Of a stretch of 64,000 nt of DNA, positions 29,437 through 40,300 are shown one piece after another. Source of the stretch: an uncultured Clostridia bacterium. GTDB taxonomy: Bacteria > Bacillota > Clostridia > Christensenellales > UBA1242. The translations under genes were made by a program, and so were the position numbers. Position 1 is the first letter of the stretch; every line of letters starts with the position of its first letter. The notes below the pieces were generated by a model. The model was not told where the DNA came from, ran no database searches, and saw nothing but the letters and a program-made list of their open reading frames with translations. The stretch covers positions 51,681 through 115,680 of the forward strand of contig CALWJZ010000002.1 in assembly GCA_944381145.1 (NCBI GenBank), written 5' to 3'.

Positions 29437-29546
29437 AACATTTCTCCTTTGAAATAATTATTTTCCCCCAATTAAAGTATAACTTTATCCCAAATAATAA
29501 AAAGATCAATTATTGTTCCACCAATCAACTTCTTTTTATTAATAAG

Positions 29547-29575
29547 ATTATACTACAAATTTTTTTTAATGTAAA
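29547..29575 (-). promoter_or_regulatory. Candidate promoter of the 98-aa gene (TTTACA-17-TATAAT)
   Basis: On the minus strand: TTTACA (29575-29570), 17-nt spacer ttaaaaaaaatttgtag, TATAAT (29552-29547). Confidence 0.45.
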
Positions 29576-29633
29576 TACCAAAATAAAAAAAATTAAAAAT
29601 ATTTTTTAAATTTTTTATTTACTATGCAAATTA

Positions 29634-29679
29634 CAAAAAAACTCTTAATTAAAGCAATTTTTCATTAATTAAGAGTTTT
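29634..29679 (-). terminator. Rho-independent terminator after rpoC
   Basis: Perfect 12-bp stem actcttaattaa (29641-29652) / ttaattaagagt (29665-29676) with a T6 run on the minus strand. It begins 5 nt after the rpoC stop. Confidence 0.7.
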
Positions 29680-29683
29680 ATAA

Positions 29684-32600
29684 TTATTCTTCAAATTCTT
29701 CAAATAATTTATTTGTTTGTTCGTCCATTTGCGCAATTTCTTTTATTTCTTCTTTTGTATCTTTATATTCTATGTTTTTTATTGTAGCATAACCAGTACC
29801 TGCTGGTATTTGTTTACCAATCATTAAGTTTTCTTTCAAAGAAACAAGATTATCAACCTTACCTTTGACAGATGCATCTGTCAAAACTCTTGAAGTTTCT
29901 TGGAAAGAAGCTGCGGCTAAGAACGAAGGATTACTCAAAGCTGCTTTCGTGATACCTTGAACAAGACGCTTTGCTGTAGCTGGCATTCCACCTTCTTGAA
30001 TAACTTTTTCGTTCTCTTCTTCGAATTTAAAATGGTCAACTATGTCGCCAATTAACATATCAGTATCACCGCTATCTTCAACTTTTACATTTCTAAGCAT
30101 TTGACGAATTATTATTTCTACGTGTTTTGTATTAAGTTCAACACCCTGAGATGAATATGTTGCTAATACTTCATTCAACAAATAATTTTGAACATCATTA
30201 ACTCCACGCGTTCTTAAGAAATCATTTGGATAAATAGAACCTTCTGTAAGTACACTACCTGCTTCCACAACATCACCATTTTTTACTTTTAGAACAACAC
30301 CATAAGGAATTATATATTTGCCATCACCATCAGGATTTTTTACAACTATTTCATAATATTTTCCACCATCTTTATTTTGAGATGCCATTTCTTTAAGTAC
30401 AACTTTACCAGCTACTTCACTAACAGTTGCAACACCTTTTGGTTTTCTAGCTTCAAAAATTTCAGCAACTCTAGGTAGACCTTGTGTTATATCTGCAGCG
30501 TTAGCAACACCTCCTGTATGGAAAGTTCTCATAGTAAGCTGAGTACCTGGTTCACCAATTGATTGTGCAGCAATAATACCTACTGGCTCTCCAAGTGGAA
30601 CAATTTTATTATTTGACATATTTTTGCCATAGCATTTTGCACATATACCATGTTTTGCTCTACATGTAAGTGCAGTTCTAATACAAACTTTTTCTATTCC
30701 TGCGTTAACAATCATATCAGCCATTTCGCTTGTAATCATAGTATCTGCTGGAACCAAAATTCTTTTTGTTTTAGGATCAATAATATCTTCAACAGAGAAT
30801 CTACCAATGATTCTTTGTTGTAATGAACTAACTGGAGTTCCGTCTTTTACAATTGCAGATACATACATACCTTTAACTTTTTCGCCATTCTCTTTGAAAC
30901 AATCCTCTTGAGAAATAATAACTTCTTGAGCAACAGCTTCAAGTCTTCTAGTCAAATAACCTGAATCGGCTGTTTTTAAAACTTTGTCCGCAAGACCCTT
31001 TCTACCACCACGACTTGATAAGAAATATTCAAGTGGTGTAAGACCCAATCTAAAGTTTGATTTTACTGGAATATCAACTTTTCTTCCTGAAGTATTAGCC
31101 ATAATACCACGCATACCACAAAGTTGTAGAACCTGACCAGCAGTACCTCTTGCACCTGATTCAGCCATCATTCTAACTGGATTTAAAACGTCCATTTTGT
31201 TGACAACTACGCCTTCCAATTTTTTGGTTGCATCTTTCCAAAGTTTTATGTTTTTATCTAATTTTTCATTTTCTGTAATAAATCCACGCTTGAAGAATTT
31301 TTCATTTTCAGCAACCTGTTTTTCAACTTCATCTATATATTCTTGTTTTTCACTTGGAATTTCCATATCAAAGACATTAATAGTGATAGCACCGATTGTA
31401 GAATATTTATAACCAATCTCTTTTATGTGGTCTAACATTTTAACAGTTTCAGTTGTTCCCAAAGCGTCAAAACATTTACGAATTATTACATCTAATTTTT
31501 TCTTTGTAACTAAGAAATCAATTTCATATTTGCCAATATTGTCTGGGTTAGTTCTATCTATAAATCCAATATTTTGTGGGATATCTTTATTGAAAATAAT
31601 TTTACCAACAGTTGTTTCAACTCTTCTTGATACTAACTTGCCATCAAACATTTGAGTTCGTCTTACTTGTATAGGTGCTTGCAATTCTATTATTTTGTTT
31701 TGATAAGCCATTAATGCTTCATCTTCACTTACAAAATATTTTCCTGCACCTTTAGCATCTTCTTTTACAATAGTTAAATAATATGAACCCAAAACCATAT
31801 CCTGTGTTGGAGTACATACTGGCCTACTATCAGCAGGTTTCAAAATATTATTACTTGAAAGCATTAATAGTCTTGCTTCAGCAATGGCTTCGGGACTCAA
31901 AGGAACGTGTACTGACATTTGGTCTCCATCGAAGTCTGCATTAAATCCACCACAAACAAGAGGATGCAATCTAATTGCTCTACCTTCGATTAGTACAGGC
32001 TCAAATGCTTGAATACTTAATCTATGAAGAGAAGGAGCACGGTTAAGAAGAACTGGGTGATCTTTGATTACTTCTTCTAATAAGTCCCAAACAACAGGTT
32101 TTTGCTTTTCAATAGTTCTTTTTGCCGTTTTAAAATTTAAAGAAAGATTTCTTTCAACTAATTTTCTCATTATAAATGGTTTGAATAACTCCAAAGCCAT
32201 TTCTTTTGGAAGTCCACATTGATACATTTTTAATTCTGGACCAACAACTATAACTGAACGTCCTGAATAATCAACACGTTTTCCTAATAAATTTTGTCTA
32301 AAACGACCAGGCTTACCTTTTAAAGATGCAGTTAAAGATTTAAGTTCTCTTTGCTTTGGTCCTTGAACAGCTTTACCCTTTTTCCCGTTTTCTATAAGAG
32401 CATCTACAGCTTCTTGAAGCATTCTTTTTTCGTTTCTAACAATTACTTCAGGGGCTCCAATAGAAATAAACTTCTTCAATCTATTATTTCTATTTATTAT
32501 TCTTCTATATAAATCATTTACATCTGAAGTTGCAAATCTTCCACCGTCAAGTTGAATCATAGGACGCAAATCTGGTGGAATAACAGGAATAACATCTAGA

Positions 32601-33283
32601 ACCATCCATTCAGGTCTATTTCCACTTCTTCTAAAAGACTCTATAACTTCCAGCCTTTTTGACTTTAGTTTCTTTTGTCCTTTAGTTGCCTTAGCAATTT
32701 GAGCTTTTAGTTCTTCTGATTCTTTTTCTAAATCTATTTCAGAAAGCAATTCTTTAATTGCTTCTCCACCCATTTCTGCTCTGAAACTACCATATCCATA
32801 TTTGTCAATCGCTTCTCTATATTCAGCATCAGAAATAACTTGCATTTTTGCAAAACCAGTTTGACCAGGATCAATTACTATATAGCTTACATAATATATA
32901 ACCTTGTCAAGTTGTCTTGAATTCAAATTCAAAAGAACTCCAATTCTAGAAGGTATACTTTGCAAAAACCAAATGTGAGCAACTGGTGTAGCAAGTTCAA
33001 TATGTCCCATTCTCTCACGTCTTACACTACTTTTTGTTACTTCTACACCACATTTATCACATATAACGCCTTTGTGTCTAATTCTTTTGTATTTTCCACA
33101 ATGGCACTCCCAATTTTTCTTGGGTCCGAAGATTCTTTCACAAAGAAGACCAGATGTTTCAGGCTTATGAGTACGATAATTTATAGTTTCACTTTTTGTA
33201 ACTTCGCCATAACTCCATTCTCTTATTTTTTCTGGAGAAGCAATACCTATCTTTATAGATGCTAAGTTATTTAATTCAAACAT
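29684..33283 (-). CDS. rpoC: DNA-directed RNA polymerase subunit beta'
   Basis: Zn-finger [20 protein letters not shown], catalytic NADFDGDQM; 1,199 aa. Its SD overlaps the rpoB stop (11-nt spacer). Confidence 0.99.
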   Translation of the reverse strand: MFELNNLASIKIGIASPEKIREWSYGEVTKSETINYRTHKPETSGLLCERIFGPKKNWECHCGKYKRIRHKGVICDKCGVEVTKSSVRRERMGHIELATPVAHIWFLQSIPSRIGVLLNLNSRQLDKVIYYVSYIVIDPGQTGFAKMQVISDAEYREAIDKYGYGSFRAEMGGEAIKELLSEIDLEKESEELKAQIAKATKGQKKLKSKRLEVIESFRRSGNRPEWMVLDVIPVIPPDLRPMIQLDGGRFATSDVNDLYRRIINRNNRLKKFISIGAPEVIVRNEKRMLQEAVDALIENGKKGKAVQGPKQRELKSLTASLKGKPGRFRQNLLGKRVDYSGRSVIVVGPELKMYQCGLPKEMALELFKPFIMRKLVERNLSLNFKTAKRTIEKQKPVVWDLLEEVIKDHPVLLNRAPSLHRLSIQAFEPVLIEGRAIRLHPLVCGGFNADFDGDQMSVHVPLSPEAIAEARLLMLSSNNILKPADSRPVCTPTQDMVLGSYYLTIVKEDAKGAGKYFVSEDEALMAYQNKIIELQAPIQVRRTQMFDGKLVSRRVETTVGKIIFNKDIPQNIGFIDRTNPDNIGKYEIDFLVTKKKLDVIIRKCFDALGTTETVKMLDHIKEIGYKYSTIGAITINVFDMEIPSEKQEYIDEVEKQVAENEKFFKRGFITENEKLDKNIKLWKDATKKLEGVVVNKMDVLNPVRMMAESGARGTAGQVLQLCGMRGIMANTSGRKVDIPVKSNFRLGLTPLEYFLSSRGGRKGLADKVLKTADSGYLTRRLEAVAQEVIISQEDCFKENGEKVKGMYVSAIVKDGTPVSSLQQRIIGRFSVEDIIDPKTKRILVPADTMITSEMADMIVNAGIEKVCIRTALTCRAKHGICAKCYGKNMSNNKIVPLGEPVGIIAAQSIGEPGTQLTMRTFHTGGVANAADITQGLPRVAEIFEARKPKGVATVSEVAGKVVLKEMASQNKDGGKYYEIVVKNPDGDGKYIIPYGVVLKVKNGDVVEAGSVLTEGSIYPNDFLRTRGVNDVQNYLLNEVLATYSSQGVELNTKHVEIIIRQMLRNVKVEDSGDTDMLIGDIVDHFKFEEENEKVIQEGGMPATAKRLVQGITKAALSNPSFLAAASFQETSRVLTDASVKGKVDNLVSLKENLMIGKQIPAGTGYATIKNIEYKDTKEEIKEIAQMDEQTNKLFEEFEE

Positions 33284-33294
33284 TATATTCTCCT

Positions 33295-36200
33295 TTATTC
33301 TTCTTCATCAAAGTCATCAAAAATAACTGACTCATCAAAAATGTTATCAAAATCTTCGTCGTTTTCCAAATTTTCTTCTAAAGAATTATCCGAATTGACA
33401 TTATCAAAATCAAGTTCAATATCTTTTACTTCTTCTCTAGGTTTTGTAGCCTCAGCAAATGTTTCGATTGTATCTGAACTTAAATCTCCTAACGAGAATT
33501 CTTTGCCCTGTTCATTTCTTAATTGTAAATCAAGACCTAACCCTTGTAATTCTCTTATAAGAACTTTAAATGATTCTGGCATTCCAGGCTCTGGAAGAGG
33601 TAAACCTTCAACAATAGCCTTATAAGTAGCAAGTCTACCCTCTGTATCATCAGATTTAACAGTCATCATTTCTTGTAATAACTTAGTTGCACCATAAGCT
33701 TCCAATGCCCAAACTTCCATTTCTCCAAATCTCTGACCACCAAACATTGCTTTACCACCAAGAGGTTGTTGTGTAACATAAGCATAAGGACCAGTCGATC
33801 TAGCGTGCATTTTATCGTTAACCATGTGTTCAAGTTTGATGTAATACATATAACCAACCGTTACAGGATTTTCAAAAGGTTCTCCAGTACGTCCATCATA
33901 TAATTGAATTTTTCCATTCTCTGGGAAATTGTTTTCTTTCAACAATTCTCTAATATCACTTTCTTTTACACCATCAAAAACTGGAGTGGCAATTTTTATA
34001 CCCAAAGCTTTTGCAACAAGTCCTAAATGAACTTCCAATACCTGCCCTACATTCATACGTGATGGAATACCCAAAGGATTTAGAACTATGTCAATAGGTT
34101 GACCATTAGCCATAAATGGCATATCTTCTACAGGAAGAATACGTGATACGATACCTTTGTTACCATGACGTCCAGCCATTTTATCACCGACACTAATCTT
34201 ACGTTTTTGAGCAATAGTAACTCTTACCATTTGGTTAACGCCAGTTTCTAATTCATCTTTATTTTTACGTGAAAATACCTGAATATCTACAACAACACCA
34301 CTAATACCATGTGGAACTCTCAAAGAAGTATCTTTAACATCTCTTGCTTTTTCACCAAATATTGCTCTTAATAATCTTTCTTCAGGTGTTGGTTCTGTTT
34401 CTCCTTTAGGAGTAACTTTACCTACTAGGATATCTCCAGGTTTTACTTCTGCACCAATTCTGATTATACCATTTTCATCTAAATTTTTAAGTACATCTTC
34501 GCCTAAATTAGGAATATCTCTTGTAAATTCCTCATCTCCAAGTTTTGTAGTCCTACATTTCACTTCTTCTTCTTTCAAAGTAATTGATGTATATACATCT
34601 TCCTTGACAAGTCTTTCACTAAGAAGAATAGCATCTTCGTAGTTATATCCCTCCCAGTTCATGAATGCGATTAGCATATTTTTTCCAAGTGCAAGTTCAC
34701 CACCACTTGTACTATAACCATCAGCTAATGTATCACCCTTTTTTACCTTTTGTCCTTTTTTAACAATAGGTTTTTGATTTATACAACTTTCCTGATTAGT
34801 CTTAGTAAATTTAGTAAGTTCATATTTTTCAACTGACCCGTCATCTAAAGTTACTTCAATATTATTACTATCTACAAATGTTACTGTTCCATTATTTTTT
34901 GCAACTATTATAGCACAGTTATCAAGAGCGATTCTGTGTTCCATACCTGTTGCAACAATAGGTGCTTCTGTTTGAATAAGAGGAACTGCTTGACGTTGCA
35001 TGTTTGCACCCATTAATGCTCTTGCAGTATCATCATTTTCAAGGAAAGGTATCAAAGATGTAGGAACAGATATCAACTGTCTAGGAGAAACATCAACATA
35101 ATCAACCATCTCTCTATCGACTTCCAAAATAGTATCTTTGTATCTACAAACAATTCTCTTGTTTACAAATGAGCCATCTGGATTAAGAGGTTCAACAGCT
35201 TCTGCAATATAACAATTTTCATCTTCATCAGCCATCAAATAAACAACTTCATTTGTTACAATACCTTTCTCTTTGTCAACTACTCTATAAGCAGTCTCGA
35301 TAAACCCATACTCATTAATTCTTGCAAAACTTGCCAATGAGTTTATCAACCCGATATTTTGACCTTCAGGTGTTTCTATAACACAAATTCTACCATAATG
35401 ACTATGGTGAATATCTCTAACTTCGTCCGTAGCTCTATCTTTCTTAATACCACCTGGACCTACAGCAGAAAGTCTTCTCTTCTGAGCCATTGAACTCAAT
35501 GGATTCATTTCATCCATTAATTGACTTAATTGGTGACTTGCAAGGAAATCTTTGAAAGCCCTATTTATTGGTCTAGCGTTTACTACTTGAGAAGGACTGA
35601 TATCATTTAAATCATGAGATTGTAGAGTTTCTTTAACAGCATTACTAAGTTTATTCATTCCACTTCTAAATGCGTCTTGAAGAAGTTCTCCTGCACCCTT
35701 AATTCTTCTATTGCAAAGGTGGTCGATATTATCAACTTCACCAATGCCAACATTTAAGTCTAAGAAATAACTTACGTTAGCAAGAATATCATCAATTGTA
35801 AGAGTACTACCTACTAAATTATCAGCATTAGCTCTAATAGCCTCGATTCTTTCTTCTTTTGTCTTATATTCTTTGAGAATATCTTGCAAAACAGGGTAAT
35901 AAACCATTTGATTTATACCAAGTTCTTTTTCGTTACATTTTATTACTTCACTAAGTCTTACTCTATTATTTCCATACATTTTGTGTTTTTTACCATCAAT
36001 AGATACCCAAACACTGTTTATACCAAGATTTTGAATTTCATAAGCCTTTTCTTTAGTAATAATTTCCCCAGCAGGTACAATAACGGATTTTTTATCTTTA
36101 ATATCTTCACCAGCTGTCAAACCTACAAGTCTATTATATAATGCAAGTTTTTTGTCAACTTTAAATCTACCAACATCACCAATGTTATAAAATTGAGTAC

Positions 36201-36993
36201 TGAAAAATTGAGAAAAAATAAATTGTTTAGTTGCTTCTGCACTAGGGATTTCACTAGGACGTGTTTTTCTTGATAATTCAATTAATGCGTCATGTTGAGT
36301 TTCATAAGCATCTTTATCTAGAGTGGCTTTCATAATTTCATTGTCACCAAAAGTTTCCAAAATGTTTTCTCTAGTTAAGCCAAAACATTTCAAGAATATA
36401 CCAAGAGAAATTTTACCACCTTTATCAAGGCAAACTTTTAGTTGATTAGGTTCTTTTTCTTTTTGTTCAATTTCTAACCAGCTACCTCTTTTTGGATTTA
36501 AAGTACTTGAAAAAATTTCTCTACCTGTTTTGTCAAGCTTTTTTGAAAAATACACACTAGGACTTCTAACTATTTGTGAAACAATAACCCTTTCTATACC
36601 ATTGAAAATAAATGTTCCACCATCGGTCATATATGGTATATCACCCAAGTAAACCTCTTGTTCAATAGCCTCACCAGTTTCTTTGATTACAAGTCTAACC
36701 TTTACTCTAAGTGGTACACTATAATGTCCGCCTTTTCGTTTAGTTTCAGCTTTCGAAAGTTTAGGTTTATCTTCTAATGAATAATCCAAAAAATAGACTT
36801 CTGCTTTTCCAGCATAGTCTGTAATAGGTGAAAATTCTTTCAAGGCTTCGCCTATTCCCTCACTAATAAATTTTCGGTAGGAATCTTTCTGAATTTCTAG
36901 TAAGTAAGGCATTTCTGCTTCTTTTGATTTTCCAAAAGTATAACGTATATTGTTGCCATACTTAATTTTTTTGATATTCTCAGTATTTAACAT
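33295..36993 (-). CDS. rpoB: DNA-directed RNA polymerase subunit beta
   Basis: Conserved blocks ([33 protein letters not shown], the rifampicin-cluster region [14 protein letters not shown]). 1,232 aa with an acidic C-terminal tail. AAGGAGAA SD. Confidence 0.99.
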   Translation of the reverse strand: MLNTENIKKIKYGNNIRYTFGKSKEAEMPYLLEIQKDSYRKFISEGIGEALKEFSPITDYAGKAEVYFLDYSLEDKPKLSKAETKRKGGHYSVPLRVKVRLVIKETGEAIEQEVYLGDIPYMTDGGTFIFNGIERVIVSQIVRSPSVYFSKKLDKTGREIFSSTLNPKRGSWLEIEQKEKEPNQLKVCLDKGGKISLGIFLKCFGLTRENILETFGDNEIMKATLDKDAYETQHDALIELSRKTRPSEIPSAEATKQFIFSQFFSTQFYNIGDVGRFKVDKKLALYNRLVGLTAGEDIKDKKSVIVPAGEIITKEKAYEIQNLGINSVWVSIDGKKHKMYGNNRVRLSEVIKCNEKELGINQMVYYPVLQDILKEYKTKEERIEAIRANADNLVGSTLTIDDILANVSYFLDLNVGIGEVDNIDHLCNRRIKGAGELLQDAFRSGMNKLSNAVKETLQSHDLNDISPSQVVNARPINRAFKDFLASHQLSQLMDEMNPLSSMAQKRRLSAVGPGGIKKDRATDEVRDIHHSHYGRICVIETPEGQNIGLINSLASFARINEYGFIETAYRVVDKEKGIVTNEVVYLMADEDENCYIAEAVEPLNPDGSFVNKRIVCRYKDTILEVDREMVDYVDVSPRQLISVPTSLIPFLENDDTARALMGANMQRQAVPLIQTEAPIVATGMEHRIALDNCAIIVAKNNGTVTFVDSNNIEVTLDDGSVEKYELTKFTKTNQESCINQKPIVKKGQKVKKGDTLADGYSTSGGELALGKNMLIAFMNWEGYNYEDAILLSERLVKEDVYTSITLKEEEVKCRTTKLGDEEFTRDIPNLGEDVLKNLDENGIIRIGAEVKPGDILVGKVTPKGETEPTPEERLLRAIFGEKARDVKDTSLRVPHGISGVVVDIQVFSRKNKDELETGVNQMVRVTIAQKRKISVGDKMAGRHGNKGIVSRILPVEDMPFMANGQPIDIVLNPLGIPSRMNVGQVLEVHLGLVAKALGIKIATPVFDGVKESDIRELLKENNFPENGKIQLYDGRTGEPFENPVTVGYMYYIKLEHMVNDKMHARSTGPYAYVTQQPLGGKAMFGGQRFGEMEVWALEAYGATKLLQEMMTVKSDDTEGRLATYKAIVEGLPLPEPGMPESFKVLIRELQGLGLDLQLRNEQGKEFSLGDLSSDTIETFAEATKPREEVKDIELDFDNVNSDNSLEENLENDEDFDNIFDESVIFDDFDEEE

Positions 36994-37149
36994 TAAGTTG
37001 TTCTCCTTGAAACAATTTTTTTATTTATTAAGTTGTAAATATTTGCTAAAATCAGTTGCCAAAATTATTTTTTTTGTTTATATTAAAAACAATAGATTTT
37101 AGTATGTAATGATTGTTTAGACACTTATAAACAATACTTTGCATCTAAG

Positions 37150-37178
37150 AGTTTATCACACAATTTACATTGTGTCAA
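37150..37178 (-). promoter_or_regulatory. Sigma-A-type promoter of rpoB-rpoC (TTGACA-17-TAAACT) with embedded inverted repeat
   Basis: On the minus strand: TTGACA (37178-37173), 17-nt spacer, TAAACT (37155-37150). The 7-bp inverted repeat acacaat/attgtgt (37158-37164 / 37169-37175) overlaps the -35 and spacer. Confidence 0.5.
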
Positions 37179-37339
37179 TTCTTTTTTCTGAATTTTTCAA
37201 AGAATTGTTTAGTTTGTAAATAATTCTTTTTTCATAATTCAACATAATATTTAAATTTTAGAAATAAAACTGCTTATATTGTAAATATTTAATAATTTTA
37301 AAAAATATTTGTACTAAAAATTAAAAAATCAAATAAGAG

Positions 37340-37376
37340 CAAAAAAAATAGAAGGGTTTTCCTTCTATTTTTTTTG
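37340..37376 (-). terminator. Strong hairpin terminator abutting the giant-gene stop
   Basis: tagaagg (37349-37355) pairs with ccttcta (37361-37367), extended by 8 A:T pairs (A8/T8). It starts 3 nt after the TAA at 37379-37381. Confidence 0.8.
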
Positions 37377-37378
37377 CA

Positions 37379-40300
37379 TTATGAATCATAAATAATCAAG
37401 TTTCTGAATTCTTCGCCATCAAAATAATCAACATATTTACCATATTCAGTATTTTTAATAACTATTTTTGTATAATTAACATAATGAGAAAATGCTTGAT
37501 TTTTTATATTGTTATATAATTCATTCACTTGATCCCAAGCATTATCAATACCATCGATTTCTATATCAATTATGCAATTTTCTGAATTTAATATATTAGG
37601 TAAAGACACATTATCAAGTTTAGAATTACCTTGTATATCTACATCATGTAAACCATTTATTTCACTTCTTAACTTAATTGTGCCAGAAAATAATACTGAG
37701 TTATTTGGATCATTATTGCCAGCGTTATTCCCTACTACTAATCCAATATTACCAAAGTCATAATATCTAACCGTCTTTTCTTCTGGTTTATATACTCCAT
37801 CATTATAATCAAAAGAAACATAAAATTTAGGAACAAAATTACCATCTTCATCAATACTAACTTCATTATCCCAAACCGTACTTGTTCCTATTCCTTTGGT
37901 CCCCTTGAAATAAATATTGTTCAAAGTACAGGAAGAAAAGTTAATATAGTCTGCAAACTCAGAATTATTATTATCTGAAGTTGTATTTATAGGTTTATTT
38001 ATTATTGATCCAATAAACCCACCAAGATTTTCTTGACTAGTAATTGCTGTATTTCCATTATCTTGACCTACAATAATATTTGAAACTGAAGTTAAAGATG
38101 TTTTTTCTCCATTCATTTGTCCAATTATTCCACCAACATTTTTTGAATAGTCAGAACCTAATCGAATTAGATAAATTCTTATAGCATTTATCACATAATG
38201 AGTTGTCTCATAACCAGCAGTTTCTGGATCCGTTTTCCCAATAATGCCACCAACACATTCGGTTGCTATTACATTACCATGAATTTCTATATGTTCAATA
38301 TTAATTTGTGGTTCTTTATTTTCTTCACCACTTACCATTATATTACCATATACACAACCTATTATACCACCGGCAACACTAGTACGTCCTTGTGCTTCTA
38401 CATTTGTATTGATATAAATATAATATCCAGAATTACTGTAAATATTGATATTTTTAGCACCAATATTTTTTACTGCACCTATAAACCCACCTGCATTATT
38501 TTTAGAATATACCGAATATACCGAACCTACTACATATATAAATTTATCATCATAAGTAATATCTAATTTGGCTTCATAATTATAATTTTCATGTCCATGC
38601 AATCCAATAAATCCACCGGCATTTTTTATTTGATCAGATTCTATTGAAATATTTTGTGCACTAATTACTCCTGAATTTACGACATTTACAAACTCTGTCA
38701 ATTTTGATGAATTATGTCCAATAATACCACCACTATTACCTGAACTTGATACAGAAGCTCTGTTTGTAACATCTTTTATTTCTAAATGTTCTATGTTAGC
38801 ATAACCGATTAATCCACCAGCACCTCTTGAATTCTCAGCATCTAATCTTACTTGTCCATAAGTGTTTAAATCATGCATATTTAAATAAATTCTACCAGCA
38901 GATAATTCAATTGAAGTTGTTGTATCTTCTATATAACCAATTAATCCTCCAACTGCTACTTGTTCATTGACACCATATGCATCATAATAGGACTCAGGCT
39001 TTGATTGAATAATTGCTTCACGCCCATTTTGACAATTTGAAATTTCAATATACCTATTATAGTAAGCACCATTGTATCCATATGGTACATAAGCAATTAA
39101 TCCACCAGCATTGCCACCTTCTACATAATCAATACTATCGCCATTTTTTACTTTTGCAACCATATTGCTTCCATCAATAATTCCATTATTAATACAATTA
39201 TCAAAATATAGTGATGCAATATTTTTGAATTCACTTAATATTCCGCTTGCACCAGATTCATTATATGATGCTTTTATGCCTTCAACATTTGCATTATTAA
39301 TAATATTAGTCAATATCAATCTTCTACTACTTGATCCACTTAAAGAAACAGATTCATATTGTCCTATAATTCCACTTGTTACAATTGCACCTTTAACAAC
39401 ATTAGATCCACTATATACATTACTATTTATGTATCTGTCCACAATATTGTAATATAATTTATCTTGTTTCACAGTTTCTAAGTTAATATCATATGATTGC
39501 AAATTATAACTTAATTCAGATATATGTCCCATAAATGAACTATTATTTGATTTTATATAACCAAATAGTCCACCAGCAAAATGTCCAGAAATTTCAGAAA
39601 TTTCCTCATTTGTTTGAGTAACTATATATTTTTCACTTGAAATATCATATCTATTGTTATATCCAAAAGTATAGCCTGAATTTGAAGATGTAATAAATTT
39701 ATATTGAGACCCTTGATTTGTATATCCCACAAATCCACCAACATAAGATAATATGTAATCAGGATCATTTATAAATTGTCTAGCAATCAAAGAGCCTTGT
39801 GACAAGCAATTATCAATATTTACATTAATATTATGAACATATCCAACTAGACCACCAACAGCAAGATTAGAATAAACAGTTGTTGATGAATCGTCTTTTA
39901 AAATTTTAATGATATTGCCTATTTGTTTGCTAGCATTCAATGTTTTGATAAAGTTAAGTTCTTTTAATCCATAATCTTTACTATTATTTATACTTAAATC
40001 TAAGTTCTCATATTGAGATTTTGTAATATCATCAGTAGTATAATTATCAATAATTTTATGATTCCTAACATAAAGATCAAAATTATTAATTGATCCATCA
40101 TTAGTTCCAGCAAAACTAATAATTCCACCAATTGCACCATTATTGCTGTAAATTTCACCCATGTTTATACAAGCATCAAATTCTAACGAATATATATTAA
40201 AATAGCTTCCAATAATTCCACTAGCAACTGCTACATTTGTATATAAACCAGCATTATTTTTTACATTTAAATAATTATGCGAATTAGTAATAGATAGTTT

